Assembly (NCBI GenBank): GCA_938040655.1
Contig: CALHZK010000011.1
Coordinates: 2,336 to 66,335, forward strand
Origin: an uncultured Candidatus Saccharibacteria bacterium
GTDB lineage: Bacteria; Patescibacteriota; Saccharimonadia; Saccharimonadales; Saccharimonadaceae
Length of the DNA stretch: 64,000 nt
Reading direction: 5' to 3'
Position numbers and translations under genes: made by a program. Under the pieces are notes generated by a model. That model was not told the DNA's origin. It was given only the letters and a program-made list of their open reading frames with translations, and made no database searches. This document shows positions 1 through 12,250 of this stretch, piece after piece (position 1 is the first letter of the stretch; the number at the start of each line of letters is the position of its first letter).

Positions 1-60
1 CAAGTACTTTTCGGGGGTTGAAGTAATCACTATGGCTGCGTGGCTGCCGATAGGTAATAC

Positions 61-324
61 TTAAGCAGCCATCACCTGCGCCTCCGGCCACACCCGGCAG
101 ACCAGCCGTTTGCCACGATTTGTCAGACCAACCCATACACTATTTGACCAGTAGCGAACCCGCGCAAGGTTCTTGGCTTTCAGGTGGCGAATTAGCCGAA
201 TCACTGCCGACTGTGACAGCCCAACACTGTCTGCCAGCGACTGTGTATCATCCTCGCCTGCCTCATATAAATATTGCAGCAGCAAGGCTTCGTCTGTGGT
301 AAATGGTGTACTGTGGTATGTCAT
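61..324 (-). CDS. small helix-turn-helix / winged-helix DNA-binding protein (family not resolved)
   Basis: 87-aa ORF. The segment SLADSVGLSQSAVIRLIRHLKAKNL looks like an HTH recognition unit followed by a short wing. It is co-oriented with, and 33 nt downstream of, ORF 358-822. Confidence 0.45.
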   Translation of the reverse strand: MTYHSTPFTTDEALLLQYLYEAGEDDTQSLADSVGLSQSAVIRLIRHLKAKNLARVRYWSNSVWVGLTNRGKRLVCRVWPEAQVMAA

Positions 325-357
325 GAAAGACTCCTTTCTTGGTTGATACTGTTTGTA

Positions 358-822
358 TCATACGGAGTCGCTCTGTAATTTCGCTGAAGAAGGTGCCGCA
401 GGCTTGGTGATAGGCCGCCAGCCCGCAGAGAGTTCTCTGCCATATTGGTCGACAACTACGCAGTATTCTCTCCCGCGATCGGTCCGATCTATCACACTGA
501 TAGTCGTCACTACCGACTTGTAGTGCTTATTGTAGGTCGATATGGTCGTCACGTTAAACGCACCATTATCATACCGAGTGGTCCGCGGCACTGGGCGACC
601 ACTCATCCATCGAACTCCCATCTGGGCTAGCTGACGCACTGTATCTTCGCGATGTTGCGGAGTAAAATTAGCCGCCCCATGCTTTTCACCGGGGTCACGG
701 CGGTATATCACATTACCTTCTTTGTCTACTACATAGTGTCCATGGCCAGGACCCGCTGGTCGCTCCTTCCCGCCAAACAGAAAGTGGAGACGAACACCAT
801 TTCGATCAGCTCTTACCACCAT
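358..822 (-). CDS. hypothetical protein; distal part of a longer frame interrupted by one TAA
   Basis: 154-aa ORF in the same frame as ORF 982-1191. The 53 codons between them (823-981) are open and read as ordinary protein. No family recognised. Confidence 0.45.
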   Translation of the reverse strand: MVVRADRNGVRLHFLFGGKERPAGPGHGHYVVDKEGNVIYRRDPGEKHGAANFTPQHREDTVRQLAQMGVRWMSGRPVPRTTRYDNGAFNVTTISTYNKHYKSVVTTISVIDRTDRGREYCVVVDQYGRELSAGWRPITKPAAPSSAKLQSDSV

Positions 823-981
823 ATTATCCCAATATTCGTCTGGTATACCGATTTTTTCGGCAATAATTTTGATGTCTTCTTGGCGTTTAGCTTCGGCTAT
901 CTTGGACTCAGCACGTTTATCACGACATCGTGTATTCAGCGCAAGAAATTCACGCTTGGCCTGAGACGCATCGGCCAGTGC

Positions 982-1191
982 TTACTCATATGTACGAGTT
1001 GCCAGTACATACTCCGCTAACGCTATTTCCAACCGTGATGCGCTTGCACCCTCTCTCCTGAGTTTATCTTTCGCTTTCTTGGTTCGCTTTTTTTCGGTGC
1101 GGGTCGCAATCACGCGGACGCCTAATTCGCGTACCGCGTCGAGCGCATTTTGGCGAGCTATCTCTAACCGTGCAAGTTCAGCGTCTCTCAT
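982..1191 (-). CDS. hypothetical coiled-coil/basic protein; proximal part of the interrupted frame
   Basis: 69-aa ORF with an ATG at 1189-1191 preceded by a GGGGG Shine-Dalgarno-like run (the C5 tract at 1194-1198 on the + strand). It ends at TAA 982-984, which is in frame with ORF 358-822. Confidence 0.4.
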   Translation of the reverse strand: MRDAELARLEIARQNALDAVRELGVRVIATRTEKKRTKKAKDKLRREGASASRLEIALAEYVLATRTYE

Positions 1192-1287
1192 CGCCCCCTT
1201 TTTTTTCTACGTCGTCTCAGTTAGTTAATGAATGTCTTTTTATTATAAAATAACTAGCCAACTATGTCCACTACGAAACGTGGACTA

Positions 1288-1316
1288 ATAAAAACACTCG
1301 GACTTTCTGCCGAGTG
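1288..1316 (-). terminator. rho-independent terminator after tRNA-Asn
   Basis: 7-bp stem cactcgg(1295-1301)/ccgagtg(1310-1316). On the minus strand it is followed by a TTTTTAT run (A-run 1288-1294 on the + strand). Confidence 0.5.
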
Positions 1317-1327
1317 CAATAATACCG

Positions 1328-1402
1328 TGGCTCCGGCAGCTGGGCTCGAACCAGCGACCTATTGGTTAACAGCCAACCGCTCTACCACTGAGCTATGCCG
1401 GA
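1328..1402 (-). tRNA. tRNA-Asn (anticodon GTT), CCA encoded
   Basis: The reverse complement folds as a cloverleaf. Acceptor is TCCGGCA/TGCCGGA, the anticodon stem is GTTGG/CCAAT with loop CTGTTAA, and the T-loop is GGTTCGAGCC. Confidence 0.9.
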
Positions 1403-1480
1403 ACAAATTCGCTAAGAGAGCGAACACCTATATTGTAGCGTATGGGGCGGTGGATGTAAAGTGTCGCACTGAGCGAGCTG

Positions 1481-2929
1481 GTGCGTTATACTGGCACTAT
1501 GCGAGTATCTGTTTCGACGGTTCGTCTGTGGTTGTTGGCAGTGGTACTGTTTGGCGGTGCGATAGCTTTGCAGCCGAGCCTCGGCTTCAATGTGTTTCAC
1601 TTCCCTTCTCTGAGGGTTGGCGTGTACCAACTAGCAACTGTCGGTCTGGTGTGCTGCAGCCTCCCGCTTTGGTGGCATGCGCTAGCATCTCTTAGGAAGC
1701 GGCGCTGGGTGGTCGTCGCAGCAGGATTATTGAGCCTCAGTTTGGCTGTCGGCATGCTATCCTCACAGGTGCCTGGCCGGACTGCCCTGTACACGATTTC
1801 TCTACTCTATCTATTACTCACTGGTCTGGCCGCTGCCGTTACCTACCAGTCATTGTCGCAGCAGCAGCGAGCACGCCTGATGACGATCGGTCTGTGGAGC
1901 GGTGTGGTGTGCGGTATCGCGGCGGTCAGCCAATTGCTGGCGGCGAGTTTTCACCCGACCGCTTTTGGCACACTTTGCAGCGGCTGCCACGCCGGGGTGT
2001 TCGGCTTCCCTCGAGTGAATCTCCTAGCGGCTGAGCCGCAATTTTTGGCGAGTAGCCTTTTGCCGAGTCTGTGGGCTGGCTTCTGCTTTCGAAATAATCG
2101 ACTGGCTGCTTGGAGCGTCTTCTGGACAAGCCTGGCGATCGGCTTGACGTTCTCTCGTGGCGCTTTTGTCGCAATTATCGCAGCTAGTATACTCTATTTG
2201 CTTGTTTTAGTCTGGCGCTACCGACAGCCAGCCGACCGACCAGGTGTCAAAAAGTCTCTGAAATCTTTCATCGCCTGTAGCGGTATCATGCTTGCTGGTA
2301 TAGTGGTAAGCTTTAGTTTATTGCTGCTGTCTGCGACTATCCGCTACCACGACACGCCTCATATCACCTACCGTACCGCCGCAAGTATGCTAGATCAGCT
2401 ATCGCTAGGGGTGCTCAAACTACCAGCAAAGACCGAGTCACCTGCCTCGCCGCCTACTCAATCGACCACACCGCCACCAGCTACTGGCACGAAACACTTC
2501 CAGCCGAGCGGTTTTGTCGCGGCATCATCGAATGACCGCCTCAGTGCTGCTGACCTGGCTATGCGGGCGTGGTTAGCCTCACCAAAGACTATAGTATTTG
2601 GGGTTGGCCTGGCTAATCTCGGCAGTTTCATCCAGCAGACGCTTCACCAACCAGCCTCTCTCGACCAAACTGTTTATATTTTTTATATACTACTACTCAG
2701 TAGTATCGGGCTGCTCGGGCTACTGCCGCTACTGGCGATCGCATTATGGGCGCTCATACAGGCCGGGCGACATATCGACCACCCAAGTGGTCGGTTCGGG
2801 TTTTTGCTCACCAGTGCTTTTTTGATCCACTTTTGGTTTTTTGGCAGCCTGATAAATTCCGTCCACTGCTTTGCATGGATTGGGGTCTTCTTGTATAATT
2901 ACCGCAAGAATCATGCGGAGAAACTCTGA
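1481..2929 (+). CDS. O-antigen ligase/polymerase-like (WaaL/Wzy_C family) polytopic membrane protein
   Basis: About 12 hydrophobic segments. It has an SRGAFVAIIAA-type motif typical of Wzy_C proteins and a large Pro/Thr/Ser-rich external loop. The true start may be the ATG at 1499. Confidence 0.65.
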   Translation: MRYTGTMRVSVSTVRLWLLAVVLFGGAIALQPSLGFNVFHFPSLRVGVYQLATVGLVCCSLPLWWHALASLRKRRWVVVAAGLLSLSLAVGMLSSQVPGRTALYTISLLYLLLTGLAAAVTYQSLSQQQRARLMTIGLWSGVVCGIAAVSQLLAASFHPTAFGTLCSGCHAGVFGFPRVNLLAAEPQFLASSLLPSLWAGFCFRNNRLAAWSVFWTSLAIGLTFSRGAFVAIIAASILYLLVLVWRYRQPADRPGVKKSLKSFIACSGIMLAGIVVSFSLLLLSATIRYHDTPHITYRTAASMLDQLSLGVLKLPAKTESPASPPTQSTTPPPATGTKHFQPSGFVAASSNDRLSAADLAMRAWLASPKTIVFGVGLANLGSFIQQTLHQPASLDQTVYIFYILLLSSIGLLGLLPLLAIALWALIQAGRHIDHPSGRFGFLLTSAFLIHFWFFGSLINSVHCFAWIGVFLYNYRKNHAEKL

Positions 2930-4334
2930 CTTTTACTTCAAACTTGTGTTGATTGCGCTTGATACTTTAGCGTTAATTGGTGCGTTTACTGGTGCCTATA
3001 TTTTGCGTGTCTCACTTGACCCGCGGCCATTTCAGGTGCACATTGGTGCAATCACTTTTATCACTTCGATCTGTATGGTATTGCCGCTGTGGATTGTTTT
3101 GTTTAGCTTCTTTGGGCTCTATGACCGCGAGCACTATACCCACCCGCTGCGCGAGTTCTGGCGGCTCGCGATGGCAGCTATTTGCGGTATTATGATGATG
3201 ATATCGGTCAGTTTCTTTACCAGCACACCGCTGTTTCCGGCCAAAATGGTGGCAATTTATGCGTTGATTATTAGTTTTTTGATTCTGCTCCTGCTCCGCA
3301 GCACCGCCAATATTATCCGCCTTCATCTACTGCGCAATAGTATCGGTGTCAAAAAGGTGGTGTTGGTCGGCAATGCTGAGTCAACACGTACACTGGCTGA
3401 GTTTATCAGCGCGCACCCGTCGACCGGCTTTCAGCTCAGTGCAATTGTGGCAAAGCCAGAGCTGATCCCAGACAATCTACGTGGGTTACGCCGCTCATCG
3501 CTCGCGGCAAGCCTGACCCGTGATAAAATCGACGCGATCATCCAGACCGACACGACGAGGACCGAGGCGCACTACAACCTCGCAGAACAGCATTATCTTG
3601 ATTTTTATCAGGCACCGGCTCTTGATGGCTTGATGACGGCTCGGCATACTGTCGAAATTATTAATTCAGTGCCGCTGGCCTACATTCACCCGACACCGTT
3701 ATCTGGATATGGTCGGATTATTAAGCGAATTATGGACCTTGTCGGTGGCATACTAGGTCTGATTATCACTTCACCGGTGATGTTGCTCGTGGCTATCGCG
3801 GTGAAGCTTGGCGACCCAAAGGGGCCTGTATTTATGAAGGGGCGCCAACAAAAACGGCTGACGCGCTACAACCGCCCTTTCAAGGTGTACAAGTTCCGCT
3901 CACACTACGCCAAATTTGACGGCAAAACCGACGAGGAGGTGTTCACAATGATCGGCAAACCAGAGCTGATCGAGCAATATCGTGCCAATGGCGATAAGCT
4001 CGAGCATGATTTTCGGGTCACCCCAGTCGGCCGATTTATTCGCCGCTTCAGCCTCGATGAGCTACCGCAGTTGATTAACGTCATCAAAGGAGATATCAGC
4101 CTGGTTGGCCCTCGTGCACTAGTGCCACATGAGCTGAGTAATTATGAAAAAAAACACACCCTGCTGACGGTGAAATCTGGCCTGACTGGGCTGGCGGTCG
4201 TATCAGGCCGGCGCAGCATCAGCTTTGAGGAGCGGCGGCGGCTTGATTTATATTATGTACAGAACTGGAGCTTGTGGCTCGATATTACTATTTTACTCAA
4301 AACCTGCCTGGTTATATTTAAGAAGGAGTCCTAG
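2871..4334 (+). CDS. polyprenyl-phosphate sugar phosphotransferase (WbaP/bacterial sugar transferase family), initiating enzyme
   Basis: N-terminal TM bundle plus a C-terminal catalytic domain with [21 protein letters not shown] and LTGLA motifs. The likely start is the ATG at 2913. Confidence 0.9.
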   Translation: MHGLGSSCIITARIMRRNSDFYFKLVLIALDTLALIGAFTGAYILRVSLDPRPFQVHIGAITFITSICMVLPLWIVLFSFFGLYDREHYTHPLREFWRLAMAAICGIMMMISVSFFTSTPLFPAKMVAIYALIISFLILLLLRSTANIIRLHLLRNSIGVKKVVLVGNAESTRTLAEFISAHPSTGFQLSAIVAKPELIPDNLRGLRRSSLAASLTRDKIDAIIQTDTTRTEAHYNLAEQHYLDFYQAPALDGLMTARHTVEIINSVPLAYIHPTPLSGYGRIIKRIMDLVGGILGLIITSPVMLLVAIAVKLGDPKGPVFMKGRQQKRLTRYNRPFKVYKFRSHYAKFDGKTDEEVFTMIGKPELIEQYRANGDKLEHDFRVTPVGRFIRRFSLDELPQLINVIKGDISLVGPRALVPHELSNYEKKHTLLTVKSGLTGLAVVSGRRSISFEERRRLDLYYVQNWSLWLDITILLKTCLVIFKKES

Positions 4335-4336
4335 CT

Positions 4337-5482
4337 ATGGCACAGCGTCGTCAACCAACTATCGCAATCGTCCACGACTGGCTCTATGGTGGTGGTGCCG
4401 AAAAGGTCGTCGAGCAGCTACACCGGCTGTATCCAGCAGCGCCAATTTACACCTCATACTGCACAAAAAAGTGGCGCCGACAGCTTGATGACAAGGTAGT
4501 CACTGGCTATCTGCAGCACTGGCCATTTGCGCAACTACGAAAATTCTTGCCAGTGTTGCGGCAGCGGTGGTTTCGACGGCTTGACCTCAGTCAGTTTGAT
4601 ATCATCATCTCAAGCTCTGGCAACGGCGAGGCAAAGTTTATCCGCAAGAGTCGCCCCGACCAGCTTCATATTTGCTATTGCCACACCCCAACTCATTTCT
4701 ATTGGCGGCACTATGATGCCTACATTGCTCGGCCAAGCTTCCGGCCGCACTGGCTCGCCAGGCTGGGGCTGCGACTGCTAGTGAAACCGCTACGCCGCCA
4801 TGATTATCAAGCAGCGCAAGAAGTTGATCTATTTATCGCTAATTCAACAGCTATTCAAGCTGATATTGCCGAGTTTTATGATCGCGGGAGTGTGGTGGTG
4901 TTCCCGCCGGTCACCATAAGCAATTTCGCGCCTCTCGCAGCCAAACGGCCGGCTAAGATAGTTCTCCCCAAAAAACCCCGCTGTGTTGTCTGGGGGCGCC
5001 TAGTGCCGATGAAGCAGCTCGATATCGCTATCAAAGCCTGCCAACAGTTGGGTTGGCGACTTGATATCATCGGTGATGGGCCAGATAGCAGGCGTTTGAA
5101 GAAACTGGCTGGCAAGAATAGCAAGATCAAGTTTCATGGCTTTTTATCAGACCGGCAGCGTGCCCAGTATGTGACCAAAGCTGATATATTCTTGTTTTGC
5201 TCGCATGAGGATTTTGGGATTGCGCCGGTTGAGGCGCTGGCGGCCGGTGTGCCAGTTGTCGCCTACCGGGGTGGTGGCGCCCTTGATTACATCCAACCAG
5301 ATAAAACCGGCTGGTTTTTTGCCAGGCAGACAGTCGACAGCCTGGTCGCGGTATTGCAGGCACTCCCCCTGACCAAGCTATCGAGTAAACGAATCACCAG
5401 CTCAGCCAAACCGTTTTCAGATGAGACTTTTCGGCGGACCATGGCTCGGCTGGTCAGCACCACCTGGAAGGAGCGACAGTGA
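4337..5482 (+). CDS. glycosyltransferase, GT-B fold (GT4-like)
   Basis: C-terminal EDFGIAPVEALAAGVPVVA motif (the E-x7-E region of GT4 enzymes). Start is 3 nt after the upstream stop. Confidence 0.85.
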   Translation: MAQRRQPTIAIVHDWLYGGGAEKVVEQLHRLYPAAPIYTSYCTKKWRRQLDDKVVTGYLQHWPFAQLRKFLPVLRQRWFRRLDLSQFDIIISSSGNGEAKFIRKSRPDQLHICYCHTPTHFYWRHYDAYIARPSFRPHWLARLGLRLLVKPLRRHDYQAAQEVDLFIANSTAIQADIAEFYDRGSVVVFPPVTISNFAPLAAKRPAKIVLPKKPRCVVWGRLVPMKQLDIAIKACQQLGWRLDIIGDGPDSRRLKKLAGKNSKIKFHGFLSDRQRAQYVTKADIFLFCSHEDFGIAPVEALAAGVPVVAYRGGGALDYIQPDKTGWFFARQTVDSLVAVLQALPLTKLSSKRITSSAKPFSDETFRRTMARLVSTTWKERQ

Positions 5483-6588
5483 TGAAAATCGCCATTGATG
5501 CCCGTGGCTTACGAACCAGCAGTGGCCGCTATGTCGAGCGGCTGATCCACTATCTCCAACAAGTCGATCAGCGCAACCATTATTTGATCATGCTGAGCCA
5601 AAAAGATTTCGACACCTGGCAGCCAACCAATCCGAATTTTTCCAAAGTAATTTGCCCACACAAAGAGTATAGCTTTGACGAGCAAATCGGCTTGAAGCGC
5701 CAGCTGGATGATTTAGGGCTTGATTTAGTTCATTTTGCGATGGTCCAGCAGCCAGCGTGGTATCATGCTAGTCCGGTTATCACGACGATGCAAGATCTGA
5801 CGACAATCCGTTTTCGCAACCCTGACAAAAACCCCCTGATATTTTGGCTAAAACAGCAAATCTATAAGTGGCTCAATAAGCGAGTCGCCAGAAAGTCTGC
5901 GCATATTATTACTATCTCTGAGTTTGTCAAAAAAGATATCGTCAATTTTACTGGTGTTGACCCGCACAAAATTACCGTCACTCTAGAATCGGCCGATGAA
6001 CTGCCTAGTGGCGGTGAGCCGGTAGCAGCGCTGGCAAACAGACAGTTTATCATGTATGTCGGTCGGCCAACTCCACACAAAAATCTGCGCCGATTGATCA
6101 ATGCGTTTCAGTTATTACAGGCTACCCACCCTGATTTGGTATTAGCACTCGCTGGCAAAAAGGATGGTAACTACGCTCGCCACGAGCGGTACGTCAAGGA
6201 GCGTGGTATTACGAATGTCGTCTTCACCGGTTTTGTGTCAGATGAGCAACTGCGCTGGATGTATGAACATACCGCTGTGTACTGCTTCCCCTCGCTGAGC
6301 GAAGGATTTGGCCTTCCGGGGCTTGAAGCGATGCTGCACGGTGCTCCGGTGGCCTCAAGCACCGCCACCTGCCTACCAGAGACACATGGCGAGGCCGCAC
6401 ACTATTTTGACCCCTATAATGTCAAAGATATGGCACGGGCGATCAATGACCTTCTGACTGACGACAAACTGCGCCGCCAGCTCATCAAGAATGGTAAACA
6501 GCACGTCAAAACCTTCTCCTGGCAGCGGATGGCCGAGCAAACCCTGGCAGTATATGAGCAGTACGGCCGCCGAGATACCGATTCATAA
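5479..6588 (+). CDS. glycosyltransferase, GT-B fold (GT4-like)
   Basis: SEGFGLPGLEAMLHGAPVASS motif. There is a 4-nt ATGA-type overlap with the upstream gene. Confidence 0.85.
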   Translation: MMKIAIDARGLRTSSGRYVERLIHYLQQVDQRNHYLIMLSQKDFDTWQPTNPNFSKVICPHKEYSFDEQIGLKRQLDDLGLDLVHFAMVQQPAWYHASPVITTMQDLTTIRFRNPDKNPLIFWLKQQIYKWLNKRVARKSAHIITISEFVKKDIVNFTGVDPHKITVTLESADELPSGGEPVAALANRQFIMYVGRPTPHKNLRRLINAFQLLQATHPDLVLALAGKKDGNYARHERYVKERGITNVVFTGFVSDEQLRWMYEHTAVYCFPSLSEGFGLPGLEAMLHGAPVASSTATCLPETHGEAAHYFDPYNVKDMARAINDLLTDDKLRRQLIKNGKQHVKTFSWQRMAEQTLAVYEQYGRRDTDS

Positions 6589-6661
6589 TACGTAGCCCCA
6601 CCAAGCTCGCTCGTGTAAACTCTACTCAGTGGTCGATCCTCGCGCTTTGCTTACTTTGGGG

Positions 6662-8760
<2,099 letters not shown>

Positions 8761-8762
8761 TT

Positions 8763-9329
8763 ATGTATGATCCACGCAAGTATAATGAACTCACCGTCAC
8801 CGAATCACCCATCCCCGGGCTATTCGTCATCAAATTGCCAGTCCACGGTGATAATCGCGGCTGGTTCAAAGAAAATTACCAGAAAGAAAAAATGGAGGCG
8901 TTAGGTCTGCCGTCATTTGACATCGTACAGAATAATATCAGCTTTAATGATAAAGCCGGTGCTACCCGTGGCCTACATGCCGAGCCGTGGAATAAGTTCA
9001 TCTCGACCGCCAATGGCCGGGTGTTTGGCGCCTGGTGCGACGTGCGCCAGGGGCCAAGTTTTGGCCAGACGTTTTCTATCGAAATCAACCCAGGCACCGC
9101 AGTGTTCGTACCCAAAGGGGTGGCCAATGGCTATCAGACGCTTGACGATAACGTCGCCTACACTTATTTGGTTGATGCTCATTGGTCACCAGATGCTCAC
9201 TACACCTTTGTCAATCTGTTTGATCCATCACTTGGTATTGATTGGCCAATTGACAAAACACAGGCGATTATCTCTGATAAAGATGCTGCCCACCCGTTCC
9301 TCAATAATGTAACAGCTATGGAGGTATAA
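8763..9329 (+). CDS. rmlC: dTDP-4-dehydrorhamnose 3,5-epimerase
   Basis: Cupin-type RmlC motifs (DNRGWF, RGLHAEPW) and its position between rmlB and rmlD. Confidence 0.93.
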   Translation: MYDPRKYNELTVTESPIPGLFVIKLPVHGDNRGWFKENYQKEKMEALGLPSFDIVQNNISFNDKAGATRGLHAEPWNKFISTANGRVFGAWCDVRQGPSFGQTFSIEINPGTAVFVPKGVANGYQTLDDNVAYTYLVDAHWSPDAHYTFVNLFDPSLGIDWPIDKTQAIISDKDAAHPFLNNVTAMEV

Positions 9330-10181
9330 ATGGACGATCAGACATTTTTTATCATCGGTGCTGGCGGCCAACTTGGTACCGCCTTGCGCGCCCAGTACCC
9401 ACGAGCTCGCTTTGCCGATGTCAGCCAACTCGATATCACCGATCCTCATTCGATCGAGGCGTTTGACTGGTCCGGTATCACGACAATCCTCAACGCCGCT
9501 GCCTTCACCGATGTCGATGGGGCAGAGACTGCTGAAGGTCGTGTCAAAGCCTGGCAGGTCAACGCTTCAGCGGTTGCACACATCAGCCGCCTCTGCCGAC
9601 AGCGTGGTATCACCTTGGTGCATATTTCGAGTGACTATGTGTTTGATGGCACCACCGCACCACATACCGAGCACGAGCCGCTGAGTCCTCTCAACGTGTA
9701 TGGCGCTTCAAAGGCTGCTGGTGATCTATTAGTTGAGCAGCTCGATGCCTATTATTTATTGCGAACAACTTGGGTAATCGGCCAAGGCAAAAACTTCGTC
9801 CGGACAATGCTTGACCTCGCACAAAAGAATATCTCGCCTACCGTGGTCGCCGACCAGATTGGTCGCCTCACCTTCACCAGCGAGTTGGTCCGGGCGATCG
9901 ACCACCTACTCAGCAGCGCTGCACCATTTGGCACCTACAACGTCACCAACAGCGGTCCATCTGCCAGCTGGGCTGATATCACTCGCCAGATTTTTGCGAT
10001 TGCCGGCCGCGATGATCTCACAGTGACTGACATCTCGACAGCTGACTATTTTGCCAACAAACCAGGTGTCGCCCCACGGCCACTTGCCTCAGATATGAGC
10101 CTCGAAAAACTACACGCCACTGGATTTGTCAGCCAGCCGTGGCCAGACGAACTACGAAATTACATCGCTCACCACGCCTAG
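9330..10181 (+). CDS. rmlD: dTDP-4-dehydrorhamnose reductase
   Basis: GAGGQLG motif, the YGASKAAGD catalytic YxxxK and 283-aa length. The start abuts the rmlC stop. Confidence 0.92.
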   Translation: MDDQTFFIIGAGGQLGTALRAQYPRARFADVSQLDITDPHSIEAFDWSGITTILNAAAFTDVDGAETAEGRVKAWQVNASAVAHISRLCRQRGITLVHISSDYVFDGTTAPHTEHEPLSPLNVYGASKAAGDLLVEQLDAYYLLRTTWVIGQGKNFVRTMLDLAQKNISPTVVADQIGRLTFTSELVRAIDHLLSSAAPFGTYNVTNSGPSASWADITRQIFAIAGRDDLTVTDISTADYFANKPGVAPRPLASDMSLEKLHATGFVSQPWPDELRNYIAHHA

Positions 10182-10218
10182 CTCAGCTACTACCAGAGGA
10201 TTTGGTGTGTAGGTTATT

Positions 10219-10246
10219 TTGACGTGCCATTGTTTTGTGCTACAGT
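10219..10246 (+). promoter_or_regulatory. sigma70-type promoter for rmlA
   Basis: TTGACG (10219-10224), a 16-nt spacer, then TGcTACAGT (-10 at 10241-10246). It is followed by an AAGGAGG Shine-Dalgarno sequence and the ATG at 10266. Confidence 0.55.
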
Positions 10247-10265
10247 AATAGCATTAAGGAGGACT

Positions 10266-11114
10266 ATGAAAGGTATTATTTTAGCCGGTGGCTCGGGGAC
10301 TCGTCTTTGGCCAATTACTCAAGCTATCAGCAAACAGCTGATGCCAATCTATGACAAACCAATGATTTATTATCCGCTGACCACGCTGATGCAAGCGGGT
10401 ATTCGGGATATTCTGGTGATTACCACCCCTGATGATCAAGCAGGTTTTCAGCGTCTACTGGGCGATGGTAGCCAATGGGGTATCCAGCTACAATATGCGG
10501 TCCAGCCGAAACCAGAGGGGCTCGCCCAAGCCTTTATCATCGGCGAGGAGTTTATCGGCCAGGATAAGGTAGCCCTGGTGCTTGGTGATAATATTTTTTA
10601 TGGTGATGCGCTCGATGACTCGCTACGCGACTGCACTGACCCAGATGGCGGTACCGTGTTTGCATACAAAGTGTCCGACCCAGAGCGCTACGGTGTGGTC
10701 GAGTTCGACGAGCATAATCAGGCAATTTCTATCGAGGAAAAGCCGCAGCAGCCGAAGTCAAACTTCGCAGTAGTTGGCCTGTATTTTTATGATAATCAAG
10801 TGGTTGATATCGCCAAAGCTGTCACGCCGTCAGACCGCGGCGAACTCGAGATTACTGCGATTAATGCTGAGTATCTTCGCCGAGGCACCCTGAAGGTACA
10901 GACTCTCGACAACAGCGATGTCTGGCTAGATACCGGTACTATAAACAGCCTGACTGATGCGGCAGACTTTGTCCGAGTTATCCAAAACCGAACCGGCCAG
11001 ATCGTCGGTAGCCCCGAAAAAATCGCTCATCTGAATGGCTGGATCACCGACCAACAGCTCAATAATCTAGTGCAACCTCTCAAAAAATCTGGTTACGGTA
11101 ATTATTTGGTATAG
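10266..11114 (+). CDS. rmlA: glucose-1-phosphate thymidylyltransferase
   Basis: [18 protein letters not shown] signature. I use the internal ATG at 10266, which has a perfect AAGGAGG upstream, rather than the track GTG at 10224. Confidence 0.95.
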   Translation: MKGIILAGGSGTRLWPITQAISKQLMPIYDKPMIYYPLTTLMQAGIRDILVITTPDDQAGFQRLLGDGSQWGIQLQYAVQPKPEGLAQAFIIGEEFIGQDKVALVLGDNIFYGDALDDSLRDCTDPDGGTVFAYKVSDPERYGVVEFDEHNQAISIEEKPQQPKSNFAVVGLYFYDNQVVDIAKAVTPSDRGELEITAINAEYLRRGTLKVQTLDNSDVWLDTGTINSLTDAADFVRVIQNRTGQIVGSPEKIAHLNGWITDQQLNNLVQPLKKSGYGNYLV

Positions 11115-11192
11115 TCGTCAGCATGCCACCTCTTCCTATAATATGGGTGGTAGTTTTGTAGACCACTGAATATGATACAATAAAGAAAGTAC

Positions 11193-11897
11193 ATGAAGCG
11201 AGTCTGTGTCATCGTCCCTGCGTATAATGAGGCGCCTGTTATTCGACAGGTGGTGGCCGCTGCCAGAAAAACCTTCAAAAAGGCAGCACCCGATTACCGT
11301 ATTGACCTGGTGGTAGTCAACGATGGCTCTGGTGACCAGACTCTCACCCAAGCCAAAAAAGGTGGGGCGATCACAATCGATCACATCCTCAATTCTGGTG
11401 CCGGCAGCGCCACCTTGACCGGCCTCGCCTATGCTCGCCAACACGACTATGATATCGCCGCGACCATGGATGCCGATGGTCAGCATGCACCAGACGATGT
11501 CTTGGTTGGCATTACCACGCTTGACAAAAATGCCGATGATTTACTAATCGGGAGCCGTCTGATTGATAGCCGCGGTATGTCAAAGATCAAAATCTTAGGC
11601 AACAAAGGCCTCAGCCTAATCACCCGCCTACTCTTCGGTATCAAGGTGACCGATTCGCAGTCTGGATTACGAATTTATTCAAAAAAGGCCCTGTCTCACC
11701 TCAGTTGGAAATCCTCTGGTTACGAATTTTGTTCAGAAATGATCTGGCGAGCCAAACAAGCCAAAATGACCATTAACGAGTACGCTATCCAGGCGATCTA
11801 TACCGACTACTCACGCAGCAAGGGCCAAAATAACTGGAATGCCATCAATATTGTCAAACAGTTAATCAAGCAGCGGCTTGTGGAGTTATTTGAATGA
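11193..11897 (+). CDS. GT2 polyprenyl-phosphate glycosyltransferase (GtrB/GacI-like, soluble-length form)
   Basis: VIVPAYNE...VVNDGSGD...DADGQH GT-A motifs. The stop overlaps the start of a small membrane protein gene. Confidence 0.8.
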   Translation: MKRVCVIVPAYNEAPVIRQVVAAARKTFKKAAPDYRIDLVVVNDGSGDQTLTQAKKGGAITIDHILNSGAGSATLTGLAYARQHDYDIAATMDADGQHAPDDVLVGITTLDKNADDLLIGSRLIDSRGMSKIKILGNKGLSLITRLLFGIKVTDSQSGLRIYSKKALSHLSWKSSGYEFCSEMIWRAKQAKMTINEYAIQAIYTDYSRSKGQNNWNAINIVKQLIKQRLVELFE

Positions 11898-12250
11898 GAT
11901 ACGTTGTCTTGGTGTTGCTCAACACCCCGATCATTATTGGTGCGCTCGTCAATATCATCACCCAGTATAAACTGCGAAAGGTCAGCGCTGTACGGTTTCG
12001 GCACCAACTCATCTTGTGGAGCATCCTCCTGGTGGTGCTAGTTGGGTCATTCCCGCTGTATAACCTGTCGATTGGTAAACCGCCGCTTGACTCATCAGAG
12101 CTTAGTTTGTTTGATATCGTCCAGACGACCGCTATTATTCTATTGTTTTATATTTTGAACCACCAGCGCCAACAGCTTGACCAGGCTGAATACCGCTTGC
12201 GGCAGCTTCACCAAGCTTTATCAATAAAACTATCCGAAAATGAGCGCTAG
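11894..12250 (+). CDS. small 3-4 TM membrane protein (DUF2304/GacJ-like partner of the preceding GT2)
   Basis: 118 aa and hydrophobic, with a 4-nt overlap with the upstream GT2. This matches the arrangement in streptococcal GacI-GacJ pairs. Confidence 0.55.
   Translation: MRYVVLVLLNTPIIIGALVNIITQYKLRKVSAVRFRHQLILWSILLVVLVGSFPLYNLSIGKPPLDSSELSLFDIVQTTAIILLFYILNHQRQQLDQAEYRLRQLHQALSIKLSENER

Noticed and set aside
1264-1695. 143-aa + strand ORF spanning the tRNA-Asn region
   Set aside because: It reads straight through the antisense of a well-formed tRNA and overlaps the better-supported membrane protein gene. It is a shadow ORF.
4147-4154. A8 homopolymer inside the initiating sugar transferase as a phase-variation switch
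   Set aside because: Eight As encoding Lys-Lys is short for slippage-based phase variation, and no other contingency-locus features are seen.
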